NCBI GenBank assembly: GCA_041674105.1
Contig: JBAYWK010000003.1
Coordinates: 11,971 to 75,970, forward strand
DNA: 64,000 nucleotides
Origin: Minisyncoccota bacterium
Lineage (GTDB): Bacteria > Patescibacteriota > Minisyncoccia > Phycocordibacterales > DATDWN01
Direction: 5' to 3'
Below, piece after piece: positions 50,057 through 57,743 of this stretch. Each line of letters starts with the position of its first letter. The stretch's first letter is position 1. Position numbers and translations under genes: made by a program. Below the pieces are notes generated by a model, which worked only from the letters and a program-made list of their open reading frames with translations, had not been told where the DNA came from and did no database searches.

Positions 50057-50782
50057 ATGTCGCCTGAAGAAAAACAACAAGGAGATTGGTGGGGTAAGTT
50101 TTTTGGTAAAATCATCACGAGTATTATCGTCTTGCCTATCATCATGTGGATCTGGCCGGATGTAGTGCCTTTCGGATTCTTCCAGCTCTGGAAAGTCGAG
50201 GGTACAATGAGCCAGTGGCTCATTTCTTCATGGCCTATATTTGTGTGGGGAGCCGGAGTTACTCTCGTGCATGGTTTCTTCACTCGTAATGAGAGGCACA
50301 TAAATCGTAATGCAGAGCTTATAATCAAAGAAGGTGCTATTGTCAGCATCATTGCAGGGGTTGGAGAGGAGATCACTTTTAGGTGGCTATTCTTCCTTGA
50401 CAATATTGTTTCTGTAAAGATTGCAAACTGGTTCTTTTTTGGTTTTATTGGGTTTGGAATCCCAGCGTGGTTCCATATGTATATTGTTGGACCCATTGCT
50501 AACTGGTTCACTCTTGGGGAACTCGAATCTTTTATTTTCCACTCGACTGGATGGGCCGTAGGGGCAGCGATGCTCACAACGAATGCATTCTTTCGGGACG
50601 GTCATCGATATTTGGGTTTTCTAGGTTTCGTGAATAGCTGGTTTTTGGGAATGTTTCTTTTTTGGATTATGTTCAAGTACGGATTACTTGCAGCGATTCT
50701 TATTCACTTCACTTATGATTTTCTCATCTACCTCGTTCATTATGTAGATTCGGCAATCGAAAGGGCGATGGGATACGCGTAG
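50057..50782 (+). CDS. CPBP (CAAX/Abi-type) intramembrane metalloprotease
   Basis: GEEITFRW, FFRDGH, LIHFTYD motifs; multiple transmembrane segments. Confidence 0.8.
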   Translation: MSPEEKQQGDWWGKFFGKIITSIIVLPIIMWIWPDVVPFGFFQLWKVEGTMSQWLISSWPIFVWGAGVTLVHGFFTRNERHINRNAELIIKEGAIVSIIAGVGEEITFRWLFFLDNIVSVKIANWFFFGFIGFGIPAWFHMYIVGPIANWFTLGELESFIFHSTGWAVGAAMLTTNAFFRDGHRYLGFLGFVNSWFLGMFLFWIMFKYGLLAAILIHFTYDFLIYLVHYVDSAIERAMGYA

Positions 50783-50805
50783 TACCGGCTCCTGTCAGTA
50801 ATTCA

Positions 50806-50841
50806 AAAACCGCTCGCACCAAAAGGTGCCGAGCGGTTTTT
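50806..50841 (+). terminator. Shared terminator, copy 2
   Basis: aaaaccgctcgcaccaaaaggtgccgagcggttttt. Confidence 0.85.
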
Positions 50842-50858
50842 CTTATATAAAAATAGAC

Positions 50859-50904
50859 ACTTGACTTTCGTATACAAAATGTGCTATAATCAAGTGTAGG
50901 AGGT
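50859..50904 (+). promoter_or_regulatory. Shared promoter-SD module, copy 2
   Basis: acttgactttcgtatacaaaatgtgctataatcaagtgtaggaggt. Confidence 0.85.
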
Positions 50905-50910
50905 TTTTTT

Positions 50911-51318
50911 ATGTCCAACGCTCCCTTATATGAAGGGTTGGAATACAACTTGACGCTCTCTTTCAGCCACCTCTATGGTGACAAGTGGGCCGCTTTCTAT
51001 GGAAAAGAGACCCCTTACCAAAGGCGTCGGATCATCTTTCCTCAGTTCACCCCTGAGGAAGGGAAAGAGTATGCCGTGCGAGTGAAGGTAACAAAGACAG
51101 GAATCTTTACCTATAAAGGTGAAGACTTCCAAGTCTGCAGAGCCGAGCTCGCTGAGGCCGCTACCAAGGGTGAGGTTCTTGTTCATCAGATGTTTAATGG
51201 GCGAGAACCAATGACAGAGATTGGGCTAGCAATGCAAAGAGCGGGAGTTGGGAGTGCAGTCAGTACTGCTCTGGCTGACCAACTCAGGGCTGCCGGTTTC
51301 CGCCAGAGTCGGAAGTAA
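50911..51318 (+). CDS. Hypothetical protein
   Basis: Promoter/SD module upstream; terminator ggtcgcgcg...cgcgtgacc downstream. Confidence 0.7.
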   Translation: MSNAPLYEGLEYNLTLSFSHLYGDKWAAFYGKETPYQRRRIIFPQFTPEEGKEYAVRVKVTKTGIFTYKGEDFQVCRAELAEAATKGEVLVHQMFNGREPMTEIGLAMQRAGVGSAVSTALADQLRAAGFRQSRK

Positions 51319-51370
51319 CACCGGACAATTTCATAAGGTCGCGCGGATAATCGCGTGACCTTTTCTTTTT

Positions 51371-51408
51371 ACAACCTAAATTTTTTATCATCCCTCAAAT
51401 TTCACCCA
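51371..51408 (+). repeat. Shared post-terminator spacer, copy 2
   Basis: acaacctaaattttttatcatccctcaaatttcaccca. Confidence 0.8.
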
Positions 51409-51469
51409 AGCTAATTAATGAATTTCTCATTGAAAAAACCCTAAAAAGGGAGTAGAGTTATTGGTAATT

Positions 51470-51817
51470 ATGAGTAATATTAAAGATTTAACAAAAAGGA
51501 TTATAGTTTTTAGAGATGCTAGAGACTGGAAACAATTCCACAATCCAAAAGACCTCGCTTTGTCTTTGGTTTTAGAAGCAACAGAAGTCATGGAACATTT
51601 CCAATGGAAAAATAAAGAGGAGATGGAAGAACATCTAAAGACACACAAAGAAGACGTGGCAGACGAACTTGCTGATACATTATATTGGATTTTATTAATG
51701 GGAAATGATTTTAATATTGATGTTCTAAAAGCCTTAGATAAAAAACTAAAAAAAATTGAAGAAAAATATCCAGTAGAAAAAGCCAAAGGGAGGCATACTA
51801 AGTATAACAAGCTGTAA
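51470..51817 (+). CDS. MazG-like nucleotide pyrophosphohydrolase
   Basis: FRDARDWKQFHNPKDLALSLVLEATEVME, DELAD, KYP. Confidence 0.92.
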   Translation: MSNIKDLTKRIIVFRDARDWKQFHNPKDLALSLVLEATEVMEHFQWKNKEEMEEHLKTHKEDVADELADTLYWILLMGNDFNIDVLKALDKKLKKIEEKYPVEKAKGRHTKYNKL

Positions 51818-51818
51818 C

Positions 51819-53858
51819 ATGTCTCAGATCAAATCTTTTAAATTTGATAAAAATAGCTTCAATGAAATCAGAGCCTATCGTTTTGGAAAGAATTGGCCTG
51901 TTGTTTATGTCTTGGAGAATGGTAAAGATGTTTATGTTGGTCAAGCAATAAATGCACATAGGAGACTTAAGCAACATAACGAAAATACAGAAAAACAAAT
52001 ATTGAAATTAAAAACAGCTCATATTTTAAGTGACGATGAATTCAATGTGTCGGCGGCGCTCGATATTGAGTCTTGGCTTATTCAATATATGTCTGCAGAT
52101 CAAGTTTTTACTTTGCATAATAAAAATGGTGGATTAAAAAATCACAACTATTATGATCGACCAAAATATAAAGCAAAATTCGAAGATATCTGGAAGCAAT
52201 TTTTAGAGATGGGGATTGCAAAAAGCACCCTTGAAGATTTAAAGAACACTGACTTATTTAAATATTCACCATACAAATCTCTAACAGAGGATCAGCTTTT
52301 CGTTGCTCGTAAAATTTTTAAAGATCTTAAGTTCGGAAAATCACAATCATATATTGTAAACGGTAGACCAGGAACAGGGAAAACAATTCTTGCCACTTAT
52401 CTTTTTAAATTTTTAAAAGAACAAGATGAGACGAAAAATTTGAAAATGGTACTAGTTGTACCGATGACTTCTCTTAGAACAACAATTAAAAAAGTTTTTG
52501 GGAAAATAAAAGGCCTTAGTAGTTCTATGGTGATTGGCCCAAACGACGTTGCTCGAGGTATCTACGATCTTATAATCGTTGACGAAGCTCACCGGTTACA
52601 GAGAAGAAAAAATATTATGGGTATGGGTGCGTATGATCAAGTTAATACAAGATTAGGTCTTCCAAAAGAAGCGACAAATCTGGATTGGATAATGAAATGT
52701 TCAAAAAATCAAATATTTTTCTATGACGAAAACCAAAGTATAAAACCAGCAGATGTAAGAAAAGAAGATTTTAAGAAACTTAACGCACAGTACTACACAC
52801 TTTCTACTCAAATGCGTGTTGAAGCTGGCGAAGAATATATAGAATTCATTGAAGCATTATTTGATTTGCAAAAGCCAATAAAAACAAATTTTGAAAATTA
52901 TGATTTTAAAATCTACGACAATGTAGAAGAAATGGTTTCTGCTATTAGAGAAAAAGATAAAAAGCACGGGCTTTCTCGTGTTGTTGCTGGATATGCTTGG
53001 CCTTGGCATACAAAGTCCGGATCAAAATCAAAACAAAAATATGATATTGAAATAGGAAATTATAAAGGTATTTGGAATTCTACTGCGACAGACTGGGTTA
53101 ATTCACCAAATGCTATAAATGAAGTTGGTTGCATTCATACAGTCCAAGGTTATGACTTAAATTACATTGGAGTTATTATTGGTCCAGAGTTTGGTTACGA
53201 TATAGAAAATAAAAAATTTTTTGTTGATAGAGAAAAATATCTAGACAGAAACGGCCGAGCGGGAATTCAAGATCCAAAAGAACTTGATGGTTATATAAAA
53301 AATATTTATAAGACTATTCTTACTCGTGGAATAAAAGGAACTTATGTCTATATCGTTGATGAAAATTTAAGAAAATATTTTAAAGAAAAATTGAGAGAGT
53401 CTAAGGAAGACGATATAAAATTAGATTTGAATGAGTTATATGGTGGAAAAGAAGTAGTCTCTCCTTTTACAACAGAAATGATCAGTGTACCTTTGGTAGG
53501 TTCAGCCCCATGTGGGAATCCACTTTTAGGGGAAGAGAATATCGAGGAGTATATTGAAGTTGAAAAAAATAAAATTAAACCAGGAGCAAAATATTTTATA
53601 GTTAGAGCCGAAGGCGATTCTATGAATAAAGCCGGGATTAATGATCAGGATTTAGTATTGTGTCGTTTCTCAGAAAAAGGTGAAACTGGAGATAGAGTTG
53701 TTGCTTTACTTCAGGGTGAGAATGTGACAATAAAATATTATGACAAAAAAGATGGTCGTAGAATATTACTACCAAAAAGTACAAATCCAGAACATCAGCC
53801 GATTATTCCACAAGAAGGAGATGTTGTTCAAGGAATTGTTCAAGAAGTTTTAAAATAA
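51819..53858 (+). CDS. GIY-YIG nuclease + DUF2075 (Schlafen group 3-like) helicase + C-terminal S24 (LexA/UmuD-like) peptidase fusion
   Basis: VVYVL..VYVGQ..RRLKQH; GRPGTGKT, IVDEAH, CIHTVQGYD, ILTRG; VGSAPCGNP, GDSM, VTIK. Confidence 0.88.
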   Translation: MSQIKSFKFDKNSFNEIRAYRFGKNWPVVYVLENGKDVYVGQAINAHRRLKQHNENTEKQILKLKTAHILSDDEFNVSAALDIESWLIQYMSADQVFTLHNKNGGLKNHNYYDRPKYKAKFEDIWKQFLEMGIAKSTLEDLKNTDLFKYSPYKSLTEDQLFVARKIFKDLKFGKSQSYIVNGRPGTGKTILATYLFKFLKEQDETKNLKMVLVVPMTSLRTTIKKVFGKIKGLSSSMVIGPNDVARGIYDLIIVDEAHRLQRRKNIMGMGAYDQVNTRLGLPKEATNLDWIMKCSKNQIFFYDENQSIKPADVRKEDFKKLNAQYYTLSTQMRVEAGEEYIEFIEALFDLQKPIKTNFENYDFKIYDNVEEMVSAIREKDKKHGLSRVVAGYAWPWHTKSGSKSKQKYDIEIGNYKGIWNSTATDWVNSPNAINEVGCIHTVQGYDLNYIGVIIGPEFGYDIENKKFFVDREKYLDRNGRAGIQDPKELDGYIKNIYKTILTRGIKGTYVYIVDENLRKYFKEKLRESKEDDIKLDLNELYGGKEVVSPFTTEMISVPLVGSAPCGNPLLGEENIEEYIEVEKNKIKPGAKYFIVRAEGDSMNKAGINDQDLVLCRFSEKGETGDRVVALLQGENVTIKYYDKKDGRRILLPKSTNPEHQPIIPQEGDVVQGIVQEVLK

Positions 53859-53879
53859 AGTCTGATATATAAGTTAGCC

Positions 53880-54599
53880 ATGGAAGAAAATATAATTAAA
53901 AAAGAATTTCCTGGTAATAGAAAAGATATTTCACCGCGGCATGTAGTAGATGAAAACAAAAAAGATGATTTGCAAACATTTTTTCTGATTCTTGGACTCA
54001 TTTTTAATGATTTAAAAGGGTTAATATTTTTTCAAAAAACTATAGAGGATAATTATAGAAAGCCAAATATTGATGAAACTTCTGTGCATGCCGGAGAATA
54101 TAATGGTTTGATAGCTCAAGCGGATAAATTACTTATTGCAACTGTAGGAGAATTTTTCAAATTTATTGAAAAAAATAAGTTTGTATTGAATAGCATGCCT
54201 TTTAAATTACTTCTTAAGAAAAATAATAATCAGGATTATAAAAATAAGTGGAATGATCTTGTTAGATTAGATGATGGATCTTCTATATTATCAAAAATTT
54301 CACGAGTTAGATCAAATGTAGCTTTTCATTACGATAATTCAATGGAAGAATTAAGAAGAGGTTTTATAAATAGTTTTTATTTGAAAGAAAAAGATTTAGT
54401 CCAACATAAACGAGCTTTTTATTCTTTAGGAAATGATATGGAAAATACTAGAATATATTATTCAGATGCTGCTACACAAAGTTATATAAATTCTCTTATT
54501 GGTATTGATGATAGAGAAAAAATCATGGGAGCTATAAAGAATATGAACTATACAATCCAATGGTTGTTAAAAATATATTTAGATAGTGTTAAAAAATAA
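53880..54599 (+). CDS. Helical protein with possible HEPN motif
   Basis: RSNVAFH (Rx5H) in a helical context; very AT-rich; starts 21 nt after the helicase gene. Confidence 0.55.
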   Translation: MEENIIKKEFPGNRKDISPRHVVDENKKDDLQTFFLILGLIFNDLKGLIFFQKTIEDNYRKPNIDETSVHAGEYNGLIAQADKLLIATVGEFFKFIEKNKFVLNSMPFKLLLKKNNNQDYKNKWNDLVRLDDGSSILSKISRVRSNVAFHYDNSMEELRRGFINSFYLKEKDLVQHKRAFYSLGNDMENTRIYYSDAATQSYINSLIGIDDREKIMGAIKNMNYTIQWLLKIYLDSVKK

Positions 54600-54675
54600 T
54601 TAAGTATATAAACTAAATGTGAATTGATGAAATTCCATTTTTCACTCTTTATAAAAAGTAATGTAAAATAAATTT

Positions 54676-55107
54676 ATGAACAATAAAGATTTATATTTTG
54701 TGGCGGTAAAGGTTTTTATGGAAAAAGATGGAAAACTTTTGATTATGAAAGATAATTTTGGATGTTGGGATTTACCGGGAGGAAGAATTAAATTAGATGA
54801 ATTTGAGACATCTTTGGACGATATTATCAAAAGAAAAATGAAGGAAGAGCTGGGAGAAAATATTGAATACGAAATTGGCAAGCCTGTGATTTTTATGCGC
54901 CATGAAAGAATCGAAAGTTCGCCAGGGAATCCTACTGTTAGGATTTTTGCTGTAGGATATGAAGGAAAATTGTTGGGTGGTGAGATAAAACTTTCGGAAA
55001 GACATACCGAAATGCTTTGGGTAGATCCAGATAATTTCAAACCGGAAGATTATTTCACAGGAGGTTGGCTTAAAGGAGTAAAGGAATATTTAAATTTGAA
55101 AAAATAA
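54676..55107 (+). CDS. NUDIX hydrolase
   Basis: WDLPGGRIKLDE...KRKMKEELG (variant Nudix box). Confidence 0.85.
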   Translation: MNNKDLYFVAVKVFMEKDGKLLIMKDNFGCWDLPGGRIKLDEFETSLDDIIKRKMKEELGENIEYEIGKPVIFMRHERIESSPGNPTVRIFAVGYEGKLLGGEIKLSERHTEMLWVDPDNFKPEDYFTGGWLKGVKEYLNLKK

Positions 55108-55111
55108 ACCT

Positions 55112-55642
55112 ATGGAAAAGCAACCACAACAATTTGATATTGAAAATAGTCCAATGAAGGAAGCTTATAATTTGATTGGTGCAAATAGTCCTAAAGAGTT
55201 AGATAGTCTATATAATAAAGCAGACCAAGAACTGATGAAGTCAAAAGAGTGGGATTATAATAATCCCGATCTAGTTACAAATAGAATAAAAAATATTATT
55301 GAAAATATTGACAAGAATTTACTGACAGAAGAAGAAAAAGACTGGAGGCAAATGATACTTTGGTTTTGGTACCACCACGCTATGAGTGTGGCAATAGGTC
55401 TATTTGGAGATAAAGAAAAAGCAAAAGAATTTGGTGCAAAAGCAATGGAGCTTAACCCTAAAGATAACAGTAATAAAATTACTGAGATTTATTATTTGCT
55501 TTTGAATGATAATCTGGCCAAAGCAGAGGATCTAGTCGGCTCTATCCCAGAAGGACTTCTTGATGATGGAAATCCAAATCCAGAACCACAAACCGCAAGA
55601 GAACTGATTGAAGAATACAAACAAGGTTTGTTTGGGGTTTGA
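55112..55642 (+). CDS. Hypothetical helical (TPR-like) protein
   Basis: AKEFGAKAMELNP resembles a TPR C-cap; starts 4 nt after the Nudix gene. Confidence 0.6.
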   Translation: MEKQPQQFDIENSPMKEAYNLIGANSPKELDSLYNKADQELMKSKEWDYNNPDLVTNRIKNIIENIDKNLLTEEEKDWRQMILWFWYHHAMSVAIGLFGDKEKAKEFGAKAMELNPKDNSNKITEIYYLLLNDNLAKAEDLVGSIPEGLLDDGNPNPEPQTARELIEEYKQGLFGV

Positions 55643-55681
55643 ATAAATGGAAAATTATCTAAAAAATGATATTGTGGATTT

Positions 55682-55825
55682 ATGGAAAAGGAATTAAAGA
55701 TTAAAACGCCGGACAAAAAATTGATTTATGGATCTTTTGTTTCTGCTGGTAAAAAGTCTGATAAACTTGTGATTTTTGTTCATGGATTTACTGGTCACAA
55801 AAATGAACACATATTTTTCTCCTGA
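55682..55825 (+). pseudogene. Truncated alpha/beta hydrolase N-terminus
   Basis: MEKELKIKT...LVIFVHGFTGHKNEHIFFS then stop; no GxSxG nucleophile elbow. Confidence 0.7.
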
Positions 55826-56013
55826 CAAGCTTTTTTGGTAGATGCTATTTGACTAAACTCTATGGTTTTTCCTTCATCAATTTTGTAATTTCCCAATAAA
55901 TTATTACAGTCAGTTGTTGCTGAAAAATGACCATCTTGTGTAAATGAGAGGACAAAATCTTCTGCTTTATTTGGTGTCACTATTTTATTATTTGAATAAA
56001 GAGTTCTTTGGCA
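55795..56013 (-). pseudogene. META-domain fragment
   Basis: FSATTDCNNLLGNY...IASTKKAC; in frame with the upstream MliC ORF but cut off by stop codons and truncated at its C-terminus. Confidence 0.7.
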
Positions 56014-56028
56014 TTACTACTCTGTATT

Positions 56029-56403
56029 CTATAGAGACATATCTAGTGTTCCTTCACCACCTTTTAAGAGTGGGGCATCTTGAAATACCATTTGACCATC
56101 TATTTCTAAACTAGCTGTTCCTTGATGTTCCCAAAAAATGACTGACTCATTGGGAGAAGTATATCTTGCTCCAGAGCCAGATATAGCTACGTTTAGTTCG
56201 TATTTTTTATTATCAAAGATAACTTCGGCTTTGCTAGAGTCGTTATTATATTGAATAGTAAATTCTTTGCCTGCATCTGCAAAAGTAAAGACATCACTTG
56301 TGTAAGCTATTTTTTCTGCATTGTTTTTTGATGTGAGCCAAAAATAGCCTGCACCTAATAAGATTATAATCACGACTGCAATAAGTAAGTTTTTTGTATT
56401 CAT
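56029..56403 (-). CDS. Membrane-anchored MliC/PliC-type lysozyme inhibitor domain protein
   Basis: AISGSGARY and FWEHQGTASL motifs; N-terminal transmembrane segment. Confidence 0.8.
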   Translation of the reverse strand: MNTKNLLIAVVIIILLGAGYFWLTSKNNAEKIAYTSDVFTFADAGKEFTIQYNNDSSKAEVIFDNKKYELNVAISGSGARYTSPNESVIFWEHQGTASLEIDGQMVFQDAPLLKGGEGTLDMSL

Positions 56404-56533
56404 ATTTTTTGGGTTACTTATAAAGATAAGGTTAAAACCCTATGTTTCTCATTATAAGAAATATGGTCTACAATAACAAACATTTGACAAAAGCTTTAAA
56501 ATATTTAATTATTCGGTTAGAAGGAGGTGCGAG

Positions 56534-56809
56534 ATGGGACAAAATAATAATGCTTTACCATTCTCTTGGGTAAAGAACAAGTTAAAAGAGAAGAAAAACA
56601 AAGCATTGAGACTTGATAGAAACTCTAAGGAGTATATCGAGGAATGGCTAGAGATTGTTGATTTCATTAGGCGAGTCTTGGAACTTCTACCAGAGGAGAG
56701 CCAAGAGAGACGGGTGATGCTTTATGAACTTGTGACCGCTCTCGTCGAGGGGAACAAGCTAGAGGAAGCTCATGATGCTCTGGATGAGCTAAGGAGGATA
56801 AAAGGTTAG
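56534..56809 (+). CDS. Hypothetical helical protein
   Basis: TTGACA upstream; AAGGAGG SD. Confidence 0.6.
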   Translation: MGQNNNALPFSWVKNKLKEKKNKALRLDRNSKEYIEEWLEIVDFIRRVLELLPEESQERRVMLYELVTALVEGNKLEEAHDALDELRRIKG

Positions 56810-56994
56810 ACAAGATAGTCGGTTTGGTTTACTCTAAGAAAGGGGGAACATGAAAGGCTATGGACCGTTTTTTTGTTTCTTTTTTGGTGGCAGTGGTTTA
56901 TTTGCCATCATGATGTTTGTGACGGCTTTCAGCAAGCATTGAAGGCCAAAACAGGTCGGCACGCTTTGTGCCGACCTTTTGTTATAATAAAAAT

Positions 56995-57693
56995 ATGAAG
57001 TCAGAAGACATTGTAAGAGATTTAAATAAATTAAAAAATAAAGAAAAAGCTAAAACTTCTTCTGGTTTCTTTAAGACAAAGAAAGGACAGTATGGGTATG
57101 GTGATAAATTTTTGGGAATCACTGTGCCAGAGCAAAGAAAAATTGCTAAAAAATATAAAGAATTAAAACTTTCTGAAATCCAAGAACTTTTAAAATCTCC
57201 TATACACGAAAACCGGTTTACCGCTTTGGAAATTTTGGTTATGAAATATGAGAACTCCCAAAATAAGGAAAAAGAAAAGATAGCTAAATTTTATTTAAAA
57301 AATACAAAAAATATAAATAATTGGGATTTGGTAGACGCATCAGCAAGCTATATTTTGGGAGATTTTTTGTATAAAAAAGACAGAGGAGTGCTTTACAAGC
57401 TAGTAAAGTCTGAAAATCTATGGGAGAGAAGAATTGCTGTAGTTTCTACATATTATTTTATAAAAAGAGGGGATTTTAAAGACATAATAAAATTGTCAGA
57501 AATTCTTTTAAAAGATAAGCACGATCTTATCCAAAAAGCTGTCGGCTGGATGCTACGCGAAGCCGGTAAGAGAGATCAAAAAGTTTTACTTTCTTTTTTA
57601 GACAAAAATCACAAAGAAATGCCTAGAACCATGCTTAGGTATTCTTTAGAAAAACTAAGTACTAAACAGAAAAATTTTTATATGAAAAAATAA
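56995..57693 (+). CDS. DNA alkylation repair protein (AlkD-like)
   Basis: FLGITVP, NNWDLVD, LWERR, IQKAVGWMLRE, MPRTMLRY. Confidence 0.9.
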   Translation: MKSEDIVRDLNKLKNKEKAKTSSGFFKTKKGQYGYGDKFLGITVPEQRKIAKKYKELKLSEIQELLKSPIHENRFTALEILVMKYENSQNKEKEKIAKFYLKNTKNINNWDLVDASASYILGDFLYKKDRGVLYKLVKSENLWERRIAVVSTYYFIKRGDFKDIIKLSEILLKDKHDLIQKAVGWMLREAGKRDQKVLLSFLDKNHKEMPRTMLRYSLEKLSTKQKNFYMKK

Positions 57694-57743
57694 TACACAT
57701 CTTTTGTGGATAAGGATATTTAAATCGTATATACTTAAGCTGT

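Noticed and set aside
49551-51445. Classical integron with attC sites
   Set aside because: The repeats are promoters and terminators, lack RYYYAAC...GTTRRRY boundaries, and there is no tyrosine recombinase in the window
48566-57000. Prophage
   Set aside because: No integrase, terminase, capsid, tail or lysis genes recognisable
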